Source: an uncultured Candidatus Binatia bacterium (GTDB lineage: Bacteria > Desulfobacterota > Binatia > UBA9968 > JAJDTQ01). Taken from it: a stretch of DNA of 64,000 bases. Position numbers and translations under genes: made by a program. The stretch spans positions 3,488,001 to 3,552,000 of the forward strand of contig OZ219754.1 in assembly GCA_964291295.2 (NCBI GenBank), given 5' to 3'. Of the stretch, positions 39,678 to 51,785 are shown in pieces. The notes below the pieces were generated by a model, which saw only the letters and a program-made list of their open reading frames with translations, made no database searches and was not told where the DNA came from. Position 1 is the first letter of the stretch. Each line of letters opens with the position of its first letter.

Positions 39678-41237
39678 ATGCGAGTAGTCCTCCGTCAGAC
39701 ATTTCCTCTCGGGCGGTTCCACGCGAATCCGTGGCGCGTCTTTCCGTTCGAGGACCCCCACGGGGAGTGGCCACCCAGTCCTTGGCGGTTGCTTCGCGCC
39801 ATTCTTGCAAAGTCCCATCAGTTGGAACGGGAACGTGAAGTCCAATGTCGTATATGGCGTGATTCTTTGGTTGAGGCGTTCTGTACAAGCACATTCAGTT
39901 GGTGTCTGCCACCGTTCAGTTGGCGCGGCCCGGGGCTGCGGCAATACCAGCCGGCGACATTCGAGTGGGATCCCCCAAGCCGAACGAAGAAGGTCAAGGG
40001 CCGGCCCGTGGAAATCCCAGGCGAAAAAACGTACCGGCCCACCTTGGTACAAGACAATTTCTGGGTGGTGGGCAGCTCGAGGGCAGTCACGGATACCGGC
40101 GTCGTATGGTGGGTTGTGGAAGGCCAAGCGTGGTCAAAGGAGCACCTCGGCTTGCTCGATGCCTGCCTGAAGCGAATGACCTACTTTGGACGTGCGGAGG
40201 CCATCACTGAAATCCAGCGCGTCGAGAAGCTGCCAAGCAACACGGGCATCAACTGCGTATTGGAGCAGTTGCCCTCGTCAAATTCCAGTCCGGTACTTGT
40301 TCCGACGGGAGACGCCACTCTCTCACAGGTTCAGGCGGTCACGGACGACCCATCGGTCGCGAACTGGACCGTGCCTCCCGGAGCGCGTTGGATGCATGCC
40401 AAACGCCCCGCCAAACCGCCGGTGAAGCTGCCCCGCTCAAGGCCACGGATGAGGAAACCGACGCGCCTCATTCAGTTCGCCATCGGCACACGGGTCAGCC
40501 CGCCACCAAATTCCATCGTTGTGATGACTCAACGCTTTCGAGGGCGTGTCGTCCGAGAGTTCCTCGCGGGAAGCTGGCAACTTGCAAGTACCGCACAGCG
40601 AGAAGCTGCGCGCCTCCTCGTCGGAAAGGATGCGGACGGATTGCCATTGCGGGATCATCGACATCCACATGCCAGATTCGGAATTCTCTTCGACCAGGAA
40701 ACAGACCAAGCGTCAAGATTGTTGGTCTGGCGTGAGCAGCCGTTCACCGACGAAGAGCAGTCCGCCATCTTGAACGCAGCCGAACAGGAGCTTCCGCTCT
40801 CGTTTACCAGAGCCGGAGCAACAGACCCATGGACCATACGGCTCGTACCGCTGGATTCGCAGGTGCCGCCTCCAGCCGGTTTCGGGGACCAGACCCATAG
40901 TCGCTGGATAACTGTCACGCCCTACGTGCCGCCTCGCTACGTGTATGGCCGGAGAGGCCGGATAAAGCCCGGTGAGTCACCGGAAGAACAACTTCGACTC
41001 GAACTTGCTCGGCAAGGATACGATACGGCTGGAGTAGACATCCAAATCTGTGAACAACGCTCCGAATGGATCCGAGTACATCAACCACGACGCCGTCTTG
41101 GTGCTCCCACAAACAACCAAAGGCGATCCTATCGCGTATCGCTTACATTCGTTGTCCCGGTCTGGGGTCCCATATCGCTTGGCCATTCTTCCCACTTCGG
41201 CCTCGGACTGTTCAGTGCCGTGAAGGACCAGTCTTAG
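39678..41237 (+). CDS. csb2: Type I-G Csb2 (Cas5-Cas6 fusion)
   Basis: GRFHANPW, EWPPSPWRLLRA, YFGRAE, WITVTPYVPP, C-terminal GPISLGHSSHFGLGLF. Confidence 0.93.
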   Translation: MRVVLRQTFPLGRFHANPWRVFPFEDPHGEWPPSPWRLLRAILAKSHQLEREREVQCRIWRDSLVEAFCTSTFSWCLPPFSWRGPGLRQYQPATFEWDPPSRTKKVKGRPVEIPGEKTYRPTLVQDNFWVVGSSRAVTDTGVVWWVVEGQAWSKEHLGLLDACLKRMTYFGRAEAITEIQRVEKLPSNTGINCVLEQLPSSNSSPVLVPTGDATLSQVQAVTDDPSVANWTVPPGARWMHAKRPAKPPVKLPRSRPRMRKPTRLIQFAIGTRVSPPPNSIVVMTQRFRGRVVREFLAGSWQLASTAQREAARLLVGKDADGLPLRDHRHPHARFGILFDQETDQASRLLVWREQPFTDEEQSAILNAAEQELPLSFTRAGATDPWTIRLVPLDSQVPPPAGFGDQTHSRWITVTPYVPPRYVYGRRGRIKPGESPEEQLRLELARQGYDTAGVDIQICEQRSEWIRVHQPRRRLGAPTNNQRRSYRVSLTFVVPVWGPISLGHSSHFGLGLFSAVKDQS

Positions 41238-41368
41238 GGAGGCGCTCGAAACGCAGAACCGGATGAATTGGGCTGAAGATGGTGCGGATCGCGGCCGGGA
41301 AGATCCACAAATACGAACTCACAGGTATCCCGGGCATCAAGGCGCAAGCGGACAGTCCCGGCTGCGAG

Positions 41369-41416
41369 CAATTCACGGAAGAGACAATCCACGGAAGAGG
41401 CAATCCACGGGGAGGG
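41369..41416. repeat. 3x16-bp tandem repeat upstream of nitrilase-family gene
   Basis: CAATTCACGGAAGAGA / CAATCCACGGAAGAGG / CAATCCACGGGGAGGG. Confidence 0.8.
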
Positions 41417-41422
41417 ACAAAC

Positions 41423-42286
41423 ATGGCGACGGCACGGGAGGTACGTATCGGTTGTGTCCAGACGCCGGCTTTGCCAACTTTCGACGAGGCCATCGAAGCG
41501 GCCCGCCGCCTGTCGGGCGACGCGGTGGCTGCGGGCGCCGAGTTCGTGTGCCTGCCGGAGTACTGCGGCGGCTTGGCGAGCGAAAACGGTGTGCCGAAGC
41601 CCCCGGCCGCACCGGAGGGGCGCCACCCCGTGCTTGACGCGTTGTGCGCCTTCGCCGGTGGGACCGGCGTGTGGCTTCTCATCGGCTCGGTGGCGGTGGA
41701 CGGACCTGACGGTCGCCTTGTCAACCGCGGTTTCCTGGTGGACGACAAGGGGGAGATCCGCGCCCGTTACGACAAGATCCATCTGTTCGACGTGGACCTG
41801 TCCGAGACCCAACGCTACCGCGAGTCCGCGGTGGTGGATCCCGGCAAGCAGGCCGTGGTGACGGACACCCCTTGGGGCCGCCTGGGCATGAGCACCTGCT
41901 ACGACCTGCGCTTCCCGCACCTCTACCGTTCGCTGGCCCAGGCCGGGGCGGAAATTCTGGCTGTGCCGGCGGCGTTCATGAAGGTCACAGGGCAAGCCCA
42001 CTGGCACGTGCTGAACCGTGCCCGGGCCATCGAGAACGGCGCCGTGGTGGTGGCCCCCTGCGCGGTGGGTCCGGTGCCTGGCGGCGGCGCCGTTTACGGC
42101 CACTCGCTGATCGTTTCCCCTTGGGGCGAGATCCTGGCCGAGGGCGGCGACGGTGTCAGCGCCATTGTCGCCGCCGTGGACATGGAGAGCGTCGCCAGCG
42201 TGCGTCGGCGAGTCCCGAGCCTCCGCCACGACCGCCCCTTCAGCCAGCCGGGCGAGACCGGGGCGGGATGCCGCTCGGTCGCCTGA
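41423..42286 (+). CDS. Carbon-nitrogen hydrolase (Nit1-like amidase)
   Basis: VCLPEY, YDKIHLFDV, TCYDLRFP, AHWHVLNRARAIEN, YGHSLIVSPWG. Confidence 0.93.
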   Translation: MATAREVRIGCVQTPALPTFDEAIEAARRLSGDAVAAGAEFVCLPEYCGGLASENGVPKPPAAPEGRHPVLDALCAFAGGTGVWLLIGSVAVDGPDGRLVNRGFLVDDKGEIRARYDKIHLFDVDLSETQRYRESAVVDPGKQAVVTDTPWGRLGMSTCYDLRFPHLYRSLAQAGAEILAVPAAFMKVTGQAHWHVLNRARAIENGAVVVAPCAVGPVPGGGAVYGHSLIVSPWGEILAEGGDGVSAIVAAVDMESVASVRRRVPSLRHDRPFSQPGETGAGCRSVA

Positions 42287-42509
42287 ATTTCCCGGCCTGG
42301 ACCATCGCTCGCACAAGGCACTGCCAACGACAGCCCCCTGTCTCAAGGTGAGGTTCGGAGCATGCGCGGCAACGAACACCTGACGAAACACGAACGCCGG
42401 ACGAAACAACGTGGCTGGCCGGATGGCGGCGGCCCATGACCGAACCGCACCCGGGAGCCGTCGTGCGCCGGTTCGTAGGGGACTCGTGGGCTTGCAGAGA
42501 CTTGCATCC

Positions 42510-42998
42510 ATGAAGGAGTTGATCCTTGTACGGCACGCCAAGTCGAGTTGGAAGGATTCCAACCTCGACGACCGCAACCGGACCCTCAACAGGCGAGGCG
42601 AGCGGGCCGCGCCAGAGATGGGCGCACGCTTGGCGCGGCACCGGGGCAAGCCGGATCTGATCGTGTCGAGCCCGGCGGTGCGGGCCCTGGAAACGGCACG
42701 AATCGTCGCCAGGAAGATCGGCTACCCACGCAAGGAAATCGTTGTGAAGGAGAGCCTCTACGGCGCCAGCCTCGCCGATCTGCTCGATGTGATTCGCGAC
42801 ACCGATGAATCCACCGGGGCGCTGATGCTGTTCGGTCACAATCCCGGCCTCACCGAACTTGCCAATCACGTCGGACCCCGGCCGATCCCCAACCTGCCGA
42901 CCTGCGGCGTGCTGCATCTCGCGTTCGAGACGGACTTGTGGTCAACCGTGGGATACACGCGGGGCAAGGAGATATTGTTCGACTTCCCCAGGAGTTAG
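42510..42998 (+). CDS. SixA-like histidine phosphatase
   Basis: LILVRHAKSSW, RTLNRRG, SSPAVRALETA, FGHNPG, LPTCG. Confidence 0.9.
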   Translation: MKELILVRHAKSSWKDSNLDDRNRTLNRRGERAAPEMGARLARHRGKPDLIVSSPAVRALETARIVARKIGYPRKEIVVKESLYGASLADLLDVIRDTDESTGALMLFGHNPGLTELANHVGPRPIPNLPTCGVLHLAFETDLWSTVGYTRGKEILFDFPRS

Positions 42999-43319
42999 CC
43001 GGACGGTCCCGGAGCTGGGCGTTCCCGGCACCGGGGCGAGGTCGGGACTCCCCGTCTCCGACAAGCTCAGGAGACCCCCTGACAGAGGTTTTCGAGGGAG
43101 ACCCCGGCCCGCATCTCACCACAGACCACCGCGGCAGACCGCTCGGCACATCGCCGTGCGCCAGGCGGCATTCGCGCCGGCAGGTGTGCCGGCCCGAACG
43201 GCGGCTCCGGCGCAGCCGTCCGTGTGGCGTATGGGAGAGGCGGCCGGGCGTTTCACCCGGCGCACCGCCCGGGCCTCACCCGGCGTGCGGGGAAAGCCTA
43301 AGGCCCGGGGAGCCGGATG

Positions 43320-46493
<3,174 letters not shown>

Positions 46494-46499
46494 GGTTTT

Positions 46500-48032
46500 C
46501 TACTCCACTTTCCCGTGCAGGAACCAGCCGCGCCGCCGGGAGTCATAGTAGACCCACAGCCAGGAACCCGCGCCGGTGCGGACGAAATGGTATTCGCGAT
46601 GCACCCCGGCACCCGAGCCCCACCATCCTCCGGAGATGATGTAAGGACCGGCGCTCTCCCGAGTGAAAGAGCCGCCGTCAGCCCGGCTGCCGCCGGCCCG
46701 GGCACCGCTGACCAAGGCATCGCTGACCAGGGGGTCGGCATCGGCCCCGGGCGTTCCGGGCTTCCCGAACCGGACGGGCTCCGGAAAGAAACGCCGTACC
46801 AGCGGCCGCAGCAGGACTCTGCGCGGTTGTGCCGGCGGAACGGCTTCCATGCGCTCCCAGCCAAAGCGCGCTTCGGGAAGATGCCCGGCACGCAGGCACG
46901 CCCGCAGCAGCGCGCCGTCGCCGAACCGGGCCCGCAGCCGCGCCAGGGCGCGGTTGGCTGCGTCGGGATCCCGGGCGGAGGCGCCGTGGAAAAGCTGCCC
47001 CTGCCGGACATCGGGGGAGGCTCCCCGGAGATACATGACGATTTCCGTCACGCCGGCCGGCAGTTCCGTGGCCTCCAGGCGAAGCCGCAGCAGTTCCCGG
47101 ATCTGTCCCCGGTCGAGGGTGGGCCTGGCCGGCCGCAGGGTCTCGACCCTCTCCGACTTGTCATCCAGGCGGAGATGGACACGGAGTGCGGCCATCGTCT
47201 CGTGCCGTCGGCCCAGCGACTCGAGCAACGGCTCCAGCAGCTCTTCCATCAGGATCGCCAGCCGTTGGCCGTCGGCCTCCGGATGGTCGAGGAAGGTCGT
47301 CGCGGTCACGGGCTCGGGCGGCATCTCCGGGCGCAGCGGGCTCCAGAGATCGCCCGCGGCCAGCCGGTGGAGCCGGTGAGCTTCCCGTCCGAGACGAGAA
47401 CGCACCTGGGACGCTGGCAGATCCAGGAAGCCCCCGAGAGTATGGATGCCGAGCCGGGCCAGGAGACCGCGGACCTTGGGAGCGAAATCGAGCCGTTCGA
47501 GCCGTACGCCGCGGACATGATCGTGCTCTTCCCCGGGCGTGTGGAAGACCGTGGTCCGGTCACAGACCTTGGCCGCGGCATAGCTGCCGAAGCGGGAGAA
47601 CCCCACGGCCACGGTGTTGTAGAGGCCTGCGCCGGCAAGGTCCCGGTGGATGAGCCTGGCCCATTCCTCCAGGCTGGAGTAGAGCAGGGAGAGGCCCGAG
47701 GCCCCGAGCCAGAAAACCCCGGGTTCGTCCCGGGAGGGCTCGACCTCCACGGCAAAACACCGCAGCCGCGGGACCAGGGAGGCCACGGCCCTTTCCATGG
47801 CCGCATGGGAGATGACGCCGGCCCGGAGATGGCGCGAAAGCGCGAGCCCCGCCCCATAGCGCATGCCCGGGAGGATGCCCATGGCCCGTGCCTGTCGGTT
47901 CACCCGGAGAATGGTTCCCCGGGCCCTGTCCCGGTCCACCACCGCGGCGGGATGATTCTTCCAGTCCGGATGGTCCCGGAGCAGCAGTTGCAGGGGAAAG
48001 GCCGCTACGTCAACACAGGCCATCCGTTCCAC
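46500..48032 (-). CDS. imuB: ImuB-like Y-family polymerase homolog
   Basis: ARAMGILPGM, LARLGIHTLG, RQGQLF clamp-binding motif, LARLRARFG, GPYIISGGWW, REYHFV, WFLHG. Confidence 0.9.
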   Translation of the reverse strand: MERMACVDVAAFPLQLLLRDHPDWKNHPAAVVDRDRARGTILRVNRQARAMGILPGMRYGAGLALSRHLRAGVISHAAMERAVASLVPRLRCFAVEVEPSRDEPGVFWLGASGLSLLYSSLEEWARLIHRDLAGAGLYNTVAVGFSRFGSYAAAKVCDRTTVFHTPGEEHDHVRGVRLERLDFAPKVRGLLARLGIHTLGGFLDLPASQVRSRLGREAHRLHRLAAGDLWSPLRPEMPPEPVTATTFLDHPEADGQRLAILMEELLEPLLESLGRRHETMAALRVHLRLDDKSERVETLRPARPTLDRGQIRELLRLRLEATELPAGVTEIVMYLRGASPDVRQGQLFHGASARDPDAANRALARLRARFGDGALLRACLRAGHLPEARFGWERMEAVPPAQPRRVLLRPLVRRFFPEPVRFGKPGTPGADADPLVSDALVSGARAGGSRADGGSFTRESAGPYIISGGWWGSGAGVHREYHFVRTGAGSWLWVYYDSRRRGWFLHGKVE

Positions 48033-48660
48033 GGCACGACTCCGTGTGGCTCCACCCCGGTGCCCCTCGCTTGTCCTTGACCATGCGGATCTCCCAGTCG
48101 AAGCGGCTGAAGGCCGTCTTCGAGATCCTTCCTTCACCATGAAGCGACACCAGCGGTCCCAGCGAGGGCGCACCGTCTTTCTTGCGGGTGAGACAAAGAA
48201 GCGCCGCATGATGCCTTCGGGCCAAGGCCGCCAAGCGGCTCTGGACCGCCATATGCATCCGTGTCTCGGCCTTCAGGTCCACCACCACCAGCCCGAACGC
48301 CCCGGAACGCAACAACTGGTCGGCCGCACGGGACGCGGCGAGGGCGTCGTCAACGCGGACCACCGGCAAGGCATCGAGATCGATGCCCCACTCGGCAAAA
48401 TCCGGCGGGAAGAAGATCGAGTTGCCGAAACCGACCCACGCCGCGGGCTCGCCACACTGCTGGGCCTGGAGGATCAGGGCCGCGGCGGCCGTGAGGGAGG
48501 GAGCCGCGCCGGAGTCCGAGAACTCCGTGAGACGCCCCGCCAGCAGCGAAAGGCTCCAGGTCCGCGGAGCCTCGCGCGCGGGTCCTTCGCACACGGGTCG
48601 TGCGGGGGCGGCACCCGGAGCCGCCATGCGGCCGCATCTCTCTTCAGCAGGAACATCCAT
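48010..48660 (-). CDS. imuA: ImuA / RecA-like protein
   Basis: GRLTEFS, FFPPDFAEWGIDLDAL, ADQLLRSGAFGLVVVDL; between lexA and imuB. Confidence 0.85.
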   Translation of the reverse strand: MDVPAEERCGRMAAPGAAPARPVCEGPAREAPRTWSLSLLAGRLTEFSDSGAAPSLTAAAALILQAQQCGEPAAWVGFGNSIFFPPDFAEWGIDLDALPVVRVDDALAASRAADQLLRSGAFGLVVVDLKAETRMHMAVQSRLAALARRHHAALLCLTRKKDGAPSLGPLVSLHGEGRISKTAFSRFDWEIRMVKDKRGAPGWSHTESCRGTDGLC

Positions 48661-48743
48661 GGAAGCTCTCCGTGTCCCGCGGGCGGCAAAGCTCCGGGCG
48701 CTGGCAACACGCCTTCACCGACTCCGCGCCCGCCCCCTCCCGG

Positions 48744-49346
48744 TCACCCTTCAAGATACCGTCTCACCTCCACCACCTTGCCCAGGAGCGTGCACTCATC
48801 AGCCCTCGGAATGATCGGCGCGAAAGCCGGATTCTCCGGATGCAGTTCGACCCGGTTCCGGCGCAGCCGGAGCTTCTTGATGGTGGCCTCATCGCCCACC
48901 AGGGCGACGACGATATCGCCGGATGCGGCTTCCGCCTGCTGCCTCACGACGACGATATCGCCCGGAAGGATGCCCGCCCCGGTCATGCTTTCCCCCTGGA
49001 CCCGAAGCCCGAACAGATCCCCCGAACCTCGTGACCGGACCGAGATGTATCCCTCGCATTCCTCCACGGCGGCCCGGAGTCCACCGGCCTGCACCCGTCC
49101 CAGCAGCGGAACGAACAGCGTCCCGGGTTCCCGAGGCAGACGATAGCCCCTGGACTTCCCTGGCGCCTTGACCAGACGCCCCTCGGCCACCAGGCGCTCG
49201 AGATGCTGCCTGGCCGTCTGCACTGCGCTGAACCGGAACGCCTCCTGGACCTCCCGCACCGTGGGAGGAAGCTCCTCGAGAATCCGCCTGCGAACGAACC
49301 GGTAAACCTTTTCCCGGGTCTCCCCCGGTGGAGTCAAGGGTGCCAT
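48744..49346 (-). CDS. lexA: LexA repressor
   Basis: PPTVREVQ wHTH, VPLLGRVQAG cleavage site, VQGESMTGAGILPGD (Ser), EATIKKL (Lys). Confidence 0.95.
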   Translation of the reverse strand: MAPLTPPGETREKVYRFVRRRILEELPPTVREVQEAFRFSAVQTARQHLERLVAEGRLVKAPGKSRGYRLPREPGTLFVPLLGRVQAGGLRAAVEECEGYISVRSRGSGDLFGLRVQGESMTGAGILPGDIVVVRQQAEAASGDIVVALVGDEATIKKLRLRRNRVELHPENPAFAPIIPRADECTLLGKVVEVRRYLEG

Positions 49347-49354
49347 GAGGATAC

Positions 49355-49380
49355 GCATAACAGATATATGTCTGTCATGC
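49355..49380. promoter_or_regulatory. Palindromic operator, candidate LexA box
   Basis: GCATAACAGATATATGTCTGTCATGC, 26-bp dyad with two mismatched pairs, 8 bp upstream of lexA ATG. Confidence 0.6.
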
Positions 49381-49717
49381 AACCGACCTGTTCAAGGTGG
49401 AGAACCGAGTTGGCAGCGAAATCCCGCGGACGCGGCCCGGCGGTGCCTGCCGCATGACGTGACCGCAGGCAACGGGGTCGGGCCGTGCGCCGGCTCCGTC
49501 CAACTTGACACCCTCGGTCCGGCGAAAGTAGATTCCTGGCCGGTCGCCACGTCGAAGAAGTTCCCGGTGAGCAGCGCATCCATGCCTAGGGGCAGGTACA
49601 AGAAGCCTCTGCCGGCCGGGAAGAATGCATTGATGAAGAGCCCGTCCGCCCCCGGACGCCGCCACCGCCCTTGGTGCGGCCGTCATTGGGCGTCGGTGGT
49701 GGAGTTTCGGAGTCACC

Positions 49718-50743
49718 ATGCAAGTGGGAAAAGTCTGTATCCCGGCACCCCACAAGCTCTCGGCAGGGCGGGACATGCTGGAGGAGGCGGGTTGCGAGCT
49801 CGTGCTGGGCAAGGACCAGGATGAGTTTCCCAGGCACCGCTACACGGAAGACGAACTGGTGGAGCTCGTGGGCGACAGCGACACCATCTGGGCGGCCCAA
49901 CGGGACCACTTCACCGGCGCGGTGCTGGCCCGATGCCCCAAGGTGCGCGCGGTGATCAAGGCCGCCATCGGCTACGAGACCATCGACGTGGACAGCGCCA
50001 CCAAGCTGGGCATTCTGGTGTGCAACAGCCCGGCCCGGGAGAATTTCACCGGCGTGGCGGAGGCCACCGTCGGGCTCATCTCGATGCTGTTCAAGCGGCT
50101 GGTGCACAACCAGCGCCTCCTGCGCGAGGGCCGCTGGAAGCGGAACGAGCACCGCGGCAACCTCATGGCCGGCCGCACCATCGGCATCATCGGCCTGGGG
50201 CGGGTGGGCAAGGAGACGGCCCGGCGCCTGGGCCCCTGGGATATGCGGCTCATCGCCTGCGACCCCTACATCACCCGGGAGTCGGTACGGCACCTGGACG
50301 TGGAACTGGTGTCGCTGGACACGGTGCTCCGGGAATCCGACCTCGTGACCTGCCACACGCCGCTCACCGAGGAGACGCACCATCTCATCACCATGACCGA
50401 ACTCAGAAAGATGAAACCCTCCGCCTATCTGGTGAATACGTCACGCGGCGGCGTGATCCGGCAGGGGGATCTGGTGCAGGCCCTGAACGAGGGCGTCCTT
50501 GCGGGCGCCGCACTGGACGTGTTCGAGGAGGAGCCGCTGCCCATGTCGGACCCGATTCGCCATGTGGACCCGGAGCGGCTGATCATGACCCCGCACATCA
50601 TCGGCACCAACCCGCAGTCCCAGGTCTCCGGCGAGCGCATGGCCGCTCGGAGCATTCTCGCGGTGCTGGCCGGGCAGGTGCCGGAGACGGTGGTGAACCC
50701 TGCCTGCGTGGACGCCTGGAGAGAGCGGTTCGGCGGCCGTTGA
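49718..50743 (+). CDS. D-2-hydroxyacid dehydrogenase (SerA-like)
   Basis: IGYETIDVD, GIIGLGRVG, HTPLTEET, VNTSRGGV, AALDVFEEEP, MTPHI. Confidence 0.92.
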   Translation: MQVGKVCIPAPHKLSAGRDMLEEAGCELVLGKDQDEFPRHRYTEDELVELVGDSDTIWAAQRDHFTGAVLARCPKVRAVIKAAIGYETIDVDSATKLGILVCNSPARENFTGVAEATVGLISMLFKRLVHNQRLLREGRWKRNEHRGNLMAGRTIGIIGLGRVGKETARRLGPWDMRLIACDPYITRESVRHLDVELVSLDTVLRESDLVTCHTPLTEETHHLITMTELRKMKPSAYLVNTSRGGVIRQGDLVQALNEGVLAGAALDVFEEEPLPMSDPIRHVDPERLIMTPHIIGTNPQSQVSGERMAARSILAVLAGQVPETVVNPACVDAWRERFGGR

Positions 50744-50969
50744 GGCCGAATCCGCTGCCGTTCGGTGAATCGCGAATCCCGCTTCCCGCAGTGTGGCTGG
50801 CGCCCCGCCCGGCCCCGCAGGCGCACCGGCGCCGGGATCGAAGTGTCCCTGCGGGAGGCGTTGGCCACCCGGGAACAGATGATCCGGCTCTACGCCAATC
50901 CGCAGCAAACCCGCATCGGCAGCCAGCGTGTGTGTTGCCGGCCAGGACCGCGCCGCCGGAGTCGGCGCG

Positions 50970-51743
50970 CTATGGCTCGTAGGACAAGGAGGAACGGACC
51001 AGATTGCTGATGCGCCGGTGCATGGGGTTGCGGAGTTCCTCGCCGATGTGGGCCATGGCCCCCAAGGTACGGCCGATGAGCGCGAAGGACTTGGCCATCT
51101 GCCACTGGAGTCCCATGTCGGATGCGATGGCGGCGATGGCGCCGGTGACGTTGATGGGCAGACCCCGGTCGTAACGCGCCTCCGCGGCCTTCCGGATCTC
51201 TTCCAGGAGCTCGCAGCAGCGCCCGCGCACACCCGTCTCGGCGGCGATCTCGTACAGCCGGTCGGCGCGCGGGTCGCCCTCCGAATGGGTGGCATGGCCG
51301 ATGCCGGCGATGCGCTGCTTCCGGCCGGCGTGGTCTTCCACCACGCCCCGGGCCACCGCGGCCAGATCCGCGGCGCCGCTGTCCGGAGGCAACGCGTCCT
51401 GCAGCATCCTGGCGCAGTATTCCGACGAACCCAGGTGCACGCTGCCCGCTCCCAGCAGGGCCGCGGCCACCGCCCCCTGGATGGCTTCCGGTGCGGTGGA
51501 GACCGTCAGGCGCGCCGCGATGATGTTGCTCACCATGCCGTGTTCCACCAGGACGTTGAGCAGTGCGTCCGTCATGCGGCCTTCGTCCTCGCTGGGAACG
51601 CGGCCCACCAGCATGAGGAAGGTCATCTGGCCAAAGCTGAGCTTGCCCAGGATATCCTTGGTCAGATCGATGTTGCGGACCAGGATCCGATGCAGTTCGG
51701 CCTTGCCCAATCCGGTTACGATCCGGGTCTTGTCGTCGCTCAT
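50970..51743 (-). CDS. Citryl-CoA lyase / citrate synthase-like protein
   Basis: LVEHG, QGAVAAALLGAGSVHLG, IAGIGH, DPRADRL, PINVTGAIA. Confidence 0.85.
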   Translation of the reverse strand: MSDDKTRIVTGLGKAELHRILVRNIDLTKDILGKLSFGQMTFLMLVGRVPSEDEGRMTDALLNVLVEHGMVSNIIAARLTVSTAPEAIQGAVAAALLGAGSVHLGSSEYCARMLQDALPPDSGAADLAAVARGVVEDHAGRKQRIAGIGHATHSEGDPRADRLYEIAAETGVRGRCCELLEEIRKAAEARYDRGLPINVTGAIAAIASDMGLQWQMAKSFALIGRTLGAMAHIGEELRNPMHRRISNLVRSSLSYEP

Positions 51744-51785
51744 GGAGTTCTCCTTGCGGTCATGTGCCCGTGCCGCGGTCCGGCC

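Noticed and set aside
28543-41237. CRISPR-associated transposon (transposases next to Cascade genes)
   Set aside because: Each transposase lies inside its own IS ends, no TnsC/TniQ-like genes are visible, and Cas3 keeps helicase and HD motifs
49400-49650. Possible gene fragment on minus strand (GLFINAFFPAGRGFLYLPLGMDALLTGNFFDVAT)
   Set aside because: Too short and unassignable to any family
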